DNA from: Octopus bimaculoides
Taxonomy: Eukaryota
Assembly: GCF_001194135.2 (NCBI RefSeq)
Contig: NC_068997.1
Location: 46,952,726 to 46,997,102, forward strand
Direction: 5' to 3'
DNA length: 44,377 nt
Both the position numbers and the translations under genes were made by a program. Of the stretch, positions 1-10,463 are shown one piece after another. Each line of letters opens with the position of its first letter. The first letter of the stretch is position 1. The notes under the pieces were generated by a model. That model was not told the origin of the DNA. It saw only the letters and a list, made by a program, of their open reading frames with translations, and searched no databases.

Positions 1-41
<41 letters not shown>

Positions 42-330
42 CATACATACATACATACACACACATATATGCACATATTACATAAGTATAAATATAGATA
101 TAGATATATGTATGTATATATATATGTGTTTGCGTGTATGTATATATGTCTATGAATAAGAACACCTAGTCGCGTACACGCTGACACATAAGACACGAGT
201 AACACAAATACAGAGAGCGCTTTTGAGTGTGAATGCACCAAACCGTCAACCGACAAGTAGACATGCATACTGAAACAGAGAGGGGTAGAAAAGTGGAGAA
301 AGAACGAGCCAGATAGATAGATAGATAGAT

Positions 331-381
<51 letters not shown>

Positions 382-430
382 TAGATAGATAGACAGAGAT
401 AAAAGGAGAGAGAGAGATAGAGAAAGAGAT
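1..430. repeat. Compound microsatellites (AT)n, (ATAC)n, (GATA)n, (GA)n
   Basis: Directly visible simple repeats; explains ORF 166..522. Confidence 0.95.
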
Positions 431-750
431 GGAGAGAGGAAGATAGGAAGGCGTAAAAGGCGAGCGTATTTGTAAATGAATGAATGAGCGAGAAAGTATG
501 TCATGTGTTTGCTGTTGTGCACAAGTTGAACCTAGAAAGCGTCCTCGTTTAAAGCTTCTGATGTAATGTTATACAGCATCGCTTTCTCTTCACTTCTAGT
601 CATATCTCGTTCATCGTTCTGTAACGCTTATTCTCTTTTCTTCTGGTTTATTCATTTATTTATTTATTTGTTTATTTATTGTGCGTGTATCTGACGTAAG
701 ATTTCTCTCCATTGTTCCAGTATTCCAGTCATTTTGCCGAAAAGACGGAA

Positions 751-864
751 CAGAAGAAGAAGAAGAAGAAAGGAGGAGGAGGAAGAAGAGAAGAAGAAGA
801 AGAAGAAGAAGAAGAAGAAGAAGAAGAAGAAGAAGAAGAAGAAGAAGAAGAAGAAGAAGAAGAA
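751..864. repeat. (GAA)n trinucleotide microsatellite
   Basis: Long near-perfect GAA run; explains the poly-E/R/K ORFs at 656-1024. Confidence 0.97.
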
Positions 865-1109
865 GGTGTGTTGACAAAGTATGACGGTGGGGTAATAGGC
901 GGAGGAAAGAGAAAAAGCAGGAAGTGGGAGAAGAAAAAAATTTCATAGAAAAATCCAGGAATTCAACAGCAAAGAGGTCAGCGATTGGTGACGACCTGTT
1001 ATTTGAAAGATATATGTACAACATTTTCGCCTAATGGAAGGAAACCTGTGGCGTGTGTAAGATAAGATATTGTTCAGATCAATCCAGAACGTTAATTGAA
1101 CTAAACACA

Positions 1110-1935
1110 CTGGTGGTGGTGGTGAATGGTAGGGGTGATAATGGTTGTGGTTGTAGTTGTGGTGATGGTTGTGGTGGTGTCGGTGGTGGTGGTTGTAGTG
1201 ATGGTGGTAGTGGTGTCAGTGGCGGTAGTGGCTGTGGTGGTGGTTGTTGTGATGGTGGTGGTAGTGTGGTGGTGGTGGTGGTTGTAGTGATGGTGGTAGT
1301 GGTGTCAGTGGCGGTAGTGGCTGTGGTGGNNNNNNNNNNNNNNNNNNNNNNNNNNNNNNNNNNNNNNNNNNNNNNNNNNNNNNNNNNNNNNNNNNNNNNN
1401 NNNNNNNNNNNNNNNNNNNNNNNNNNNNNNNNNNNNNNNNNNNNNNNNNNNNNNNNNNNNNNNNNNNNNNNNNNNNNNNNNNNNNNNNNNNNNNNNNNNN
1501 NNNNNNNNNNNNNNNNNNNNNNNNNNNNNNNNNNNNNNNNNNNNNNNNNNNNNNNNNNNNNNNNNNNNNNNNNNNNNNNNNNNNNNNNNNNNNNNNNNNN
1601 NNNNNNNNNNNNNNNNNNNNNNNNNNNNNNNNNNNNNNNNNNNNNNNNNNNNNNNNNNNNNNNNNNNNNNNNNNNNNNNNNNNNNNNNNNNNNNNNNNNN
1701 NNNNNNNNNNNNNNNNNNNNNNNNNNNNNNNNNNNNNNNNNNNNNNNNNNNNNNNNNNNNNNNNNNNNNNNNNNNNNNNNNNNNNNNNNNNNNNNNNNNN
1801 NNNNNNNNNNNNNNNNNNNNNNNNNNNNNNNNNNNNNNNNNNNNNNNNNNNNNNNCCAAAATACCACCACCACCACCACCACCACCAAAAGCACCACCAT
1901 CACCTACCACCAAAATACCACCACCACCACCACTG
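1110..1935. repeat. Degenerate (GGT)n array, gap, then (ACC)n array
   Basis: GGT-rich 1110-1330 and ACC-rich 1856-1935 on either side of an N gap. Confidence 0.9.
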
Positions 1936-2114
1936 TCGCAGCCGCCGCAGATGTTTTTCCTCGATAAACTGCTGACGCTGCTCTTGTCTATTTTTTTTGG
2001 ATGCAGTTGTTTTGTGTTACTGTTGACGTTGTTCTTGTAGCTATTGTTAGTTATTTACATTGTAAAGCTGTTGTTGTTGCTGTTGTTATCGTTGTTGTTG
2101 TTGTTGTTGTTGTT

Positions 2115-2305
2115 GTTTCGACCCAGGTCAATGTTGCTTCAGTAGAAGCTACAAAAGCGTTCCAGCCATCAACATCCAGTGTTTTCTTGTATATTTATAA
2201 ACAATATATTGGCCAATGTGATTACGTCTTAATCCACCCCACTCCATCCTTTTTTCAAACAGTAGATGGCAACTTGAGTGAAATTTAGCAGCTAATTCTA
2301 GCAGG
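2115..2305 (-). mobile_element. SINE-like repeat, family C (tail ...ctaaacaac)
   Basis: Reverse complement resembles 11730-11970 and 12050-12500 (cctgctagaa..., ggatg..tggctggaa, gacctggg); abuts a (GTT)n tail. Confidence 0.6.
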
Positions 2306-2450
2306 GTGCGTGACTACGTAGGCAATGGTTCTATATGAGCCTCGTGGCTCCACGTAAGATTTTGTTGCTAAAATTTATGGGCGATAAGCTTCTACAATGT
2401 ACAGAATACTTTAAAAATTGTTTTTAATACATTTCCTAATTAATATTTTA

Positions 2451-2569
2451 TCCTTCCGGGGTCGATTGAATAAGTACCAGTTGTGCAATGGGGTCAATGT
2501 AACTGACTTAATCCCCTTGTCTGTCCTTGTTTTCCCCCTCTATCTTTAGCTCCCTGTGGGCAATAAAGA
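2451..2569 (+). mobile_element. 5'-truncated tRNA-derived SINE, family A, tail type 2
   Basis: tccttccggggtcgat..aagtaccag core, tail ..gggcaataaagaa; perfect 13-bp TSD aattaatatttta (2438-2450 and 2570-2582). Confidence 0.9.
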
Positions 2570-2589
2570 AATTAATATTTTATTATAAA

Positions 2590-2766
2590 AAGGCGGTAAG
2601 CTGGCAGAAACGTTAGCAAGCCAGCTGAGTTCAAATTCCACCGAGGTCGACTTTGCCTTTCATCCTTTCGGGGGTCTATAAACTAAGTACCAGTTGCGTA
2701 CTGGGGTCGATCTAATCGACTGGCCCCTCCCCGAAAATTTCGGGCCTTGTACCTAGAATACAAAAG
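2590..2766 (+). mobile_element. tRNA-derived SINE, family A, tail type 1, internally deleted
   Basis: Head aaggcggtaagctggcagaaacgttag (A-box-like), B box gagttcaaattcc; perfect 16-bp TSD aatattttattataaa (2574-2589 and 2767-2782). Confidence 0.92.
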
Positions 2767-2978
2767 AATATTTTATTATAAAGGTATATGATTTTTTTAA
2801 ACATTGAATGGGTACCAGGGTCCCGTAGAGTAAAACTGAAATCAAAGGGGTCCACAAACAAAAAATAATTGAGAACCACTTACGTTGAGGGTCCTTTTTT
2901 TGCTTTCATGTATGGATTGTTTGTATATATTTCTTAGCAAGAATATTTGTATGCATGTATGAATGTATGTATATTGTG

Positions 2979-3046
2979 AAGGAGTGTGGCTTAGTGGTTA
3001 GGGTGTTGGACTCCTGATCGTAAGATTGAGGTTTCGATGTCTGGAC
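2979..3046 (+). mobile_element. tRNA-derived SINE head fragment
   Basis: A box tggcttagtgg and B-box-like ggtttcgatgtc; no acceptor stem or full cloverleaf. Confidence 0.7.
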
Positions 3047-3674
3047 AATAAGACAATAAGAAAATAAAAAAAATCCCCATTAGTGTTGTCTTTTAAAAAT
3101 ATGTTTTCGTCATGATTTCAGTGACAAAAAATTCTATAACCAACTTCTAATGCCTAGTCACTTTCCACTCACCCTGTATATATGAATATATATATATATA
3201 TATAGTACTCCACAGGATACACTATAATTAGTTTCAGTGAGGTAATTTTCAGACGCAAGTCTGTAAAGTAAAAAAGACCTGAAGGAAAGAGCCTACTTGT
3301 AACAGACGATATCAAAGAAATATAAGCAATCTTACCTCCTAGCACGTCCTCCGCTCTTGCACATTCTATATTGATCTCTCATTATGCAGTATAAAAATAC
3401 GAAATTTCTTTGTGACTGGGTCTCAGCGGTTGCACATATGATTATATGGAATGGAGAAGCGAGCCAAGAATGGTCACTAATATAACCACATCGGGCGAAA
3501 CTATCCTTTGAGGAAAACCTATCTCGGAGTGTTCAAAACAAGTAACAAGCTTGTTGTGAGATAAGAATACTCGCTCGTAAGAGGCCTAAATCATATGAGT
3601 ACATACGAGTACTCTACAGAGTACATCATGATTTGTTTTAGTTAACTTGTAAAGCGTGTATGTATGTATGTATG

Positions 3675-4080
3675 TTATTATTCAGTTTTATTTCAAGATA
3701 TCTTGCCAATAGAGAAAGAGCCGGATTCTAGCCAGATTCAAGGTTCCTTCATTGGAATCAACATCAGCAGGGTATTCTTGTATATATGTATGCATGTATG
3801 TATGTATGTATGTATGTATGTATGTATGTATGTATGTATGTATGTATATTTGTATGTATGTATGTAGGTGTGCAGATTTGTATGTTTTGCTTTATGTATG
3901 TAATCTCATGCATATACTTGTATATCTAGACATGTTCATATATACTTGAATGATAAACGTTTGGAAAGTTTTACAGATTTTTACAGCCCCAGTGATGAAT
4001 TGGATTCTGTAGTCTTCGAATCAGCTTTCTCGTTTCTGGTTTTGAGAAACCTAATTTCTCAAGATTGCTAGTTAGGCAGT
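3675..4080 (-). mobile_element. 3' end of RLE-type (R2 superfamily) non-LTR element, GTVKICKTF family
   Basis: Minus strand reads CLTSNLEKLGFSKPETRKLIRRLQ/IQFITGAVKICKTFQ (one frameshift), then a 3' UTR containing (CATA)n; paralogous to 9053-9416. Confidence 0.75.
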
Positions 4081-4141
4081 GTGTGTGCATGTATGTATGT
4101 ATGTATGTATGTGTGTGTGTATGTCCGTGTATCTGTGAGTG

Positions 4142-4345
4142 TGGAGGTTCATGGCTAAATGGTCAGTGTGTTGCATTCGTGATCGTAAAATTGTGAATTC
4201 GATTCCTGGACTGAACGATGGGTTGTGCTCTCCAAACCACCCAGCCGCCAAAAACGAGTAATCCTGTGACGGACCGGCTTTCCGTCCACGGAAAACAAAT
4301 GTACGCCACAGACCCCGGGAAAGCAGCCTCATGAGTGTATGGCAC
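4142..4345 (+). mobile_element. Degenerate tRNA-derived SINE
   Basis: A box tggctaaatgg, B box aattcgattcc; head similar to 2979 and 21111. Confidence 0.6.
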
Positions 4346-4419
4346 ACAAAGGGCCATTATCCTTTCTTTATTTTCGTGTGTTTCTGAACGTTATCTTCTC
4401 TTTATATTTATTCGAAATC

Positions 4420-4650
4420 TCCCTGCAAGGAAGAACCTGGTTTCTAACAAAGATATATAAACACCGTTGCCGGAATGTAAATAACAAAAGCAACATTCAC
4501 ATTTTGAACTTGAGGTAAGTCTTGCATATTTTCATTGTTCCACTTACAGAGTGTATCTGTTATGTGCGAGGTATCTGGTCGACTCCTTTTTCTGAAAATC
4601 GCAGCTCATCCATACTGTCGCTTAGACATTGACTAAGTGCACCATTTATG
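4420..4650 (-). mobile_element. 3' end of RLE non-LTR element, GTVKICKTF family
   Basis: Minus frame INGALSQCLSDSMDELRFSEKGVDQIPRT*QIHSVSGTMKICKTYLKFKM*. Confidence 0.75.
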
Positions 4651-5268
4651 TATGTATGCGTGTAAGTATGTATAAAAGTATGGATGTATGCCGGAATATA
4701 GTCATGAATGTAAGTCCATCTGTCCGTCTGTCTGTCTATATGTACACATGTATTAATATATGCATGTGTTAATGTGTGCATGTATGCATTAATGAATGCC
4801 TGAAGGTATGTGTGTATGAATGTATTTCTATAAGCATGTACGTATGGGGCGTATGCAGTCATCTACTTGTCTGTCTGTTTGTCTACACACACACAAACAT
4901 ACACATACACACAAACACACAAATAAACACACAAACGCACACATATATATGTATATATACATATATACACTAGTGGCGTCACTATTATTGCTGTCATTCA
5001 GTACGGCAACCCATGGTGTCACCCTCAGGGACGCCCTTCTCTACCAGACTACACAGAATCCTTACCAAATCCTTATATTACAGTTAAATCGTAAATCATT
5101 TTTATCCCACAATGTACTAGAAAAGAAAAGGTCACTTAAAACCGCGAACAAAATTTTAATTAACTATTTAATTTACAAGTTACATATGGTTGAAATTTAG
5201 AACTAAAATCTTTTAGTTAGACACCCACACACAGAGAAACACATATACATACATACAAACAAACTTAC

Positions 5269-5311
<43 letters not shown>

Positions 5312-5529
5312 AAATCCATTTTTCTATGCATACATACGCATACATATACACATATGTACAGGAATATGTATAAATATGAAGTCAAATACAGTCACATTCC
5401 TGTATATGTATGAACGATTTCAGCTTCTACAGTGCTATTGCAAAGATTCCAACGATCTCACTCTCAACCGTATGCATACACAAATAACCAAGATATAGGC
5501 ACTACACGCACGCACACACACGTTTATAT

Positions 5530-5593
<64 letters not shown>

Positions 5594-6510
5594 NNNNNNN
5601 NNNNNNNNNNNNNNNNNNNNNNNNNNNNNNNNNNNNNNNNNNNNNNNNNNNNNNNNNNNNNNNNNNNNNNNNNNNNNNNNNNNNNNNNNNNNNNNNNNNN
5701 NNNNNNNNNNNNNNNNNNNNNNNNNNNNNNNNNNNNNNNNNNNNNNNNNNNNNNNNNNNNNNNNNNNNNNNNNNNNNNNNNNNNNNNNNNNNNNNNNNNN
5801 NNNNNNNNNNNNNNNNNNNNNNNNNNNNNNNNNNNNNNNNNNNNNNNNNNNNNNNNNNNNNNNNNNNNNNNNNNNNNNNNNNNNNNNNNNNNNNNNNNNN
5901 NNNNNNNNNNNNNNNNNNNNNNNNNNNNNNNNNNNNNNNNNNNNNNNNNNNNNNNNNNNNNNNNNNNNNNNNNNNNNNNNNNNNNNNNNNNNNNNNNNNN
6001 NNNNNNNNNNNNNNNNNNNNNNNNNNNNNNNNNNNNNNNNNNNNNNNNNNNNNNNNNNNNNNNNNNNNNNNNNNNNNNNNNNNNNNNNNNNNNNNNNNNN
6101 NNNNNNNNNNNNNNNNNNNNNNNNNNNNNNNNNNNNNNNNNNNNNNNNNNNNNNNNNNNNNNNNNNNNNNNNNNNNNNNNNNNNNNNNNNNNNNNNNNNN
6201 NNNNNNNNNNNNNNNNNNNNNNNNNNNNNNNNNNNNNNNNNNNNNNNNNNNNNNNNNNNNNNNNNNNNNNNNNNNNNNNNNNNNNNNNNNATATATTACT
6301 AGTATGTATGGAGTTTTGATATATTCCAATGTGAAAGGTAAATTAAAGCAGAGTTGAAAATCATGTTAGATCGTAAAGTAAGATTTGGATTAAAAAGTGT
6401 TTTTGTCCTCGCTTTATTGTGTTTTATTTATCTAAGTATGTATGTGGATATATGTGTGTATATATGTATGCATGTGTGTGTGTGCGTAAGTGTATATCTA
6501 TATATATCTG

Positions 6511-6574
<64 letters not shown>

Positions 6575-6700
6575 TGCGTGTATGTGTGTGTATGCATGTA
6601 TACATCTGTGTATATAAATATATATAATATATATATGTATGTATTTATATATATATATATGTATAATGTAAATACCTACGTTTTCACATATATGTGAGTC

Positions 6701-6743
<43 letters not shown>

Positions 6744-6750
<7 letters not shown>

Positions 6751-6843
6751 GAATTAAGACTACCATTGGCTTCATGTTAAGTAAAGTAGGAAAATATCCG
6801 AGTGTCTTAACATGAAACCAATGGTAGCCTTAGTTCACAAATA
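6744..6843. repeat. 100-bp hairpin / miniature inverted repeat
   Basis: 38-bp arms (6744-6781 and 6806-6843) with 3 differences, 24-nt loop, adjacent to (TA)n. Confidence 0.85.
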
Positions 6844-6949
6844 AAGAAATTACATCCACCAGTGCTGTCACTTTTTTATTATAAGAGAGAATTTTTTGCT
6901 CCTCGGTAACTTCAGTGAATTCGGTTTTAGCAGTCGAAATATGTCAGAA

Positions 6950-6980
<31 letters not shown>

Positions 6981-7217
6981 CGTTGCTATTATGTTGAACT
7001 GTCTTATGTCCAAATGCGTTGCTTTAAATATGTAGTTTGCTTGCGACAGCCGGTTATTTTGGTCAAACTATCGTATCTCCAGCTGCTTCAAATGCCAAGA
7101 TATCAAAAATTGTCAATGTATAGTACAACGGTTTTGCTATGGAATGGTGATACCATTTTTTCGTTTTCTGAAAAAGCAACGTTTTGAACTTACGACACTT
7201 TTGCATAATAGTAACGG

Positions 7218-7440
7218 TGTGTATGTCTTTGCGTCTGTATTTGTCCCCCACCCCCCATCACCGCTCGACAACCAGTGTTCGTATGAACTTAGCGGTTCGG
7301 CGAAATATTTTGATAAAATAAGTACTAGGCTTAAGAAATAGCCTTGGCGGGGGGGGGGGGGTTGATTTACTCGACTATAACTCTACAAGATGGTACTCCA
7401 GCATGGCCGCAGTCAAATGATTGAAATAAGTAAAAGAGGA
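7218..7440. mobile_element. Dispersed repeat family B (..ctccagcatggccgcagtcaaatgactgaaacaagtaaaagag)
   Basis: Shared motifs with 10464-10760, 19270-19495 and 23800-23970. Confidence 0.85.
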
Positions 7441-7479
7441 AAAGAATAATACAAGTTCCCCAGACTTTCGCAAAGGCAT

Positions 7480-8185
7480 AATTGTATTAATACCAGTAAT
7501 TCTTGCCCATTCCAGATGTCACTCTAACATCAGTCAATGACTGAGTTGATTGCCCACCACAGAAGGTGTCTGCTCGGATGACTTATATATTTATTTCAAT
7601 GGCCTTGTACCATCTTCATTTGTTTCATACTTAAAATAAGAATAAAAGCCTTTTTTCATTCATAGCCCTATTTTCTATTTTTTGCAAGACAAGCGGCATT
7701 CTCCTCTTTGTCATCCTTTGGGCAAGCATTCACACGTTACATCTTAAGAAGGCCTTCCGGGTTTTTATTATGATCATTTGCAATGTATATATTATGTAGG
7801 TACATTTTCTCCAAGAATCTAATATCAGTTATACTTTGATCCTCGCATACTAATATATATCTTTTCCTTTTCCCAAATAATAAGTATAAGCTGAAAGCAT
7901 ATTCTGGGTACTGGAGTTTAAAACTCTTTCGTCACAGGTCCATAACTGATTTCTTTTTCCTTCAGTTTTCTTACCACATCACTGTTCAACGGCAAAGCCT
8001 TCTTTTTCCTTTCGTGGTTCCAAGCGATAATATCAGGTTGATGGTCGTTTAATTCAGTGGCTCTTTTGATGTATCCGTTTTAATATATTCCTCTTTACTT
8101 TATAAGTTGTTACTTTTTCATTTCGCTACTTTTTTTCTACTTCTACATCCATTTTTACTTTTTTCCTTTACTTCAGATTGTTCTG
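7480..8185 (-). pseudogene. Decayed RLE non-LTR ORF fragments (endonuclease PD..D region)
   Basis: 8049-7921 reads NDHQPDIIAWNHERKKKALPLNSDVVRKLKEKEISYGPVTKEF, then LQYPEYAF; resembles the RLE motif HNKPDIVIWD..CP.D.NI..K..EK...YGPL. The 7480-7760 part is weaker. Confidence 0.6.
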
Positions 8186-8204
8186 GATAACAACATATAT
8201 GTAA

Positions 8205-8760
8205 ATGCGCATACATGCTATGCATGTATGTATGTATGTATGTATGTATGTATGTATGTATGTATGTATGTATGTATGTATGTATGTATGTATGTATGCA
8301 TGCATGCATGTATATATGCATGTGTGTATGTATATGTGCATGTGCATGTATGTATATGTAAATACGCATGCATACATATATGCATGTGTGCAAGTATGTA
8401 TATGTGTATGTATTTATTATGTATGAATGTATGCATGCATGTGTGCATGTATGTGTGTATGCATGTAGGTGTATATGTATGTATGTATGTGTGAGTATGT
8501 GTCTATGCATGTATGTATGCATGTACGTCAGTATGTATGTTTGCATGTATGTATGTATGTATGTATAAATACGCATGCATACATGTATGTATGAGTGTGT
8601 ATGTATGTGTGCATGTATGCATGTATGTGTGCATGTATGTGTGTGTATGCATGTATATGTGTGTATGTATGTGTGTATGTGTTTGTGTATGTGTGTATGC
8701 ACTTACATATCCATGTATGCACGCTTGCATCCATGCACGCTTATATGTATGCATGTATGC
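8205..8760. repeat. (TATG)n microsatellite decaying into a cryptic TATG/TG/CATG array
   Basis: Direct inspection; explains the MYVC/HTYI ORFs. Confidence 0.95.
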
Positions 8761-8814
8761 GTGTGTAATTCTATGTACGCTCTATCCTGCTTTTTATTAT
8801 TTGAAGACTTTCTG

Positions 8815-9030
8815 TTAGGTAGGAGTTGGTTTCTAAAAAAGGTACAAAGCTCCATCGTTTGAAGATAGATGACAAAAATAAATTCACATTTTGGACTTGA
8901 GAAAAGTCTTGCATATTTTTACAGTTCTGCTAACAGATTGTAATTCTAATGCATATGCTTTAATTTCTTTTCCTAAAACAGAAGCTTTTCTAGATTATCA
9001 CTTAGACATTTACTAACAAAACCAAATTTA
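8815..9030 (-). mobile_element. 3' end of RLE non-LTR element, GTVKICKTF family
   Basis: Minus frames FGFVSKCLSDNLEKLLF* and LQSVSRTVKICKTFLKSKM*. Confidence 0.75.
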
Positions 9031-9052
9031 TGTATGTATGTATGTATGTATG

Positions 9053-9416
9053 TCATTCCTTGCCAATAGAAAAAGAGTTGGTTTCTAACCTAGATCCAAG
9101 GCTCAAATGTTGGAATTTCAACAATACTAACAGTGTATATTTGTATGTATGTATGTATCTATGTATGTATGTATGTATGTGTGTGTGTATGTCTTATGTA
9201 TGTATACATGCAGATTTGTATGTTTTGTTTTATGTCTGTCTTCTCATGCATATACTTGTATATCTACACATGTCATATATACTTAAATGATCAACTTCTG
9301 GAAAGTTTTACAGATTTTTACAGTTCCAGTGATGGATTGGATCTGTAGTCTTCGAATCAGCTTTCTCCTTTCTGATTTTGAGAAGCCGAATTTCTCAAGA
9401 TTGGTATTTAGGCAGT
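9053..9416 (-). mobile_element. 3' end of RLE non-LTR element, best-preserved copy of GTVKICKTF family
   Basis: ORF-track frame CLNTNLEKFGFSKSERRKLIRRLQIQSITGTVKICKTFQKLII* (stop at 9283), then 3' UTR with internal (CATA)n and a (CATA)n tail. Confidence 0.8.
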
Positions 9417-9479
9417 ATGTATGTATGTATGTATGTATGTATGTATGTATGCATGTATGTATGCTCTTTTTTATATGGA

Positions 9480-9597
9480 GTAAATTTTGACCGGTCACCT
9501 ACTTCGAAGCAAGGTTGTGAAAGAAAACAAACTGCTTTGTTCATTATCTTTCAAATCATAGGACGGTCTTGCAAATTCTTATAATCTCAGATAATGT
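9480..9597 (-). mobile_element. Very short RLE C-terminal remnant
   Basis: Minus frame LSEIIRICKTVL* resembles the family C-terminus; flanked by (CATA)n. Confidence 0.4.
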
Positions 9598-9632
9598 ATA
9601 TATGTATGTATACATGCGTATATGTATGTATG

Positions 9633-9666
<34 letters not shown>

Positions 9667-9888
9667 TGTATGTATGTATGTATGCATGCGTATATGTATA
9701 TGTAAGCATGTATGTATGTATGCAAGTGTGAGTGTGTGCATGTATATATGTATACATGTATGTATGTATTGTGCGCATGTAAGTGTATATATGTATGCAT
9801 GTATGTATGGAGATGCGTACGCATGCAAATTTTTCCTAACTGTTTCTAACTTCAAAGTTTACAGCAAGCACCTGTCAGGTGACAAGTT

Positions 9889-9889
9889 C

Positions 9890-9980
<91 letters not shown>

Positions 9981-9985
9981 TAAAA
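9889..9985. repeat. (AAT)n microsatellite
   Basis: Direct inspection. Confidence 0.95.
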
Positions 9986-10463
9986 ATACCAATGAAAGGA
10001 AACAATGGCCGTCTGTTTTGTCATCTATAATACTCTTAGCACAACCAGTCTGTCTTTAAATTTTAAAGACTTGTACAGTTTTAATGTCCAAAGACCAACA
10101 GATCACGTGCAACACAAGAATTACAGAGTTACGACATTTATTCTAGAACGTAAGTTCAACCGTACTTTTATCTAGGCAGGCTGGCATATATATATACAGT
10201 TGCACCACTGATAGTTATGATAAAACTGTAATATAAGCATACCTGTCTGTCTGTTTGCATGTTTGAATATATGTATGCATGTATGTATGTATTTATATGT
10301 ATGTGTGTATGAATGTGTGCACATATACACACATGCATCTGTCTATCTGTCTTTCTCTCTCTCTCACACACACACACTCTCTCTCTCTCTCTCTCTCTCT
10401 CTACACACACGCACACACACAAGCATAAGTGTATATATACATATTCAAGTATGCCTTCTTTAA

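Larger units (their letters stand above)
2323..2880. mobile_element. hAT (Charlie-type) MITE carrying two nested SINEs
   Basis: Left end caatggttct..gattttgttgctaaaatttatg matches 35081 cagtggttctcaacc..aattctgttgctaaagttgatg; right end ..ttgagaaccact; flanks tacgtagg/tacgttga are a 6/8 match to an 8-bp TSD. Confidence 0.7.

Noticed and set aside
712-948. Acceptor-like ttctctccattgttccag| followed by an acidic ORF
   Set aside because: The ORF is dominated by the (GAA)n run; no convincing donor or recognisable domain.
1185-1330. ~56-bp duplication inside the GGT array, and GGT/ACC inversion across the gap
   Set aside because: Ordinary slippage in simple repeats next to a gap; orientation across the gap cannot be verified.
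2979-3046. tRNA-like sequences here and at 4142, 21111, 33223
   Set aside because: Only A/B boxes are present, with no cloverleaf; they are SINE heads, not tRNA genes.
4971-5050. tagtggcgtcact..ggtgtcaccc, reminiscent of a hAT terminus
   Set aside because: No matching second TIR or TSD could be found.
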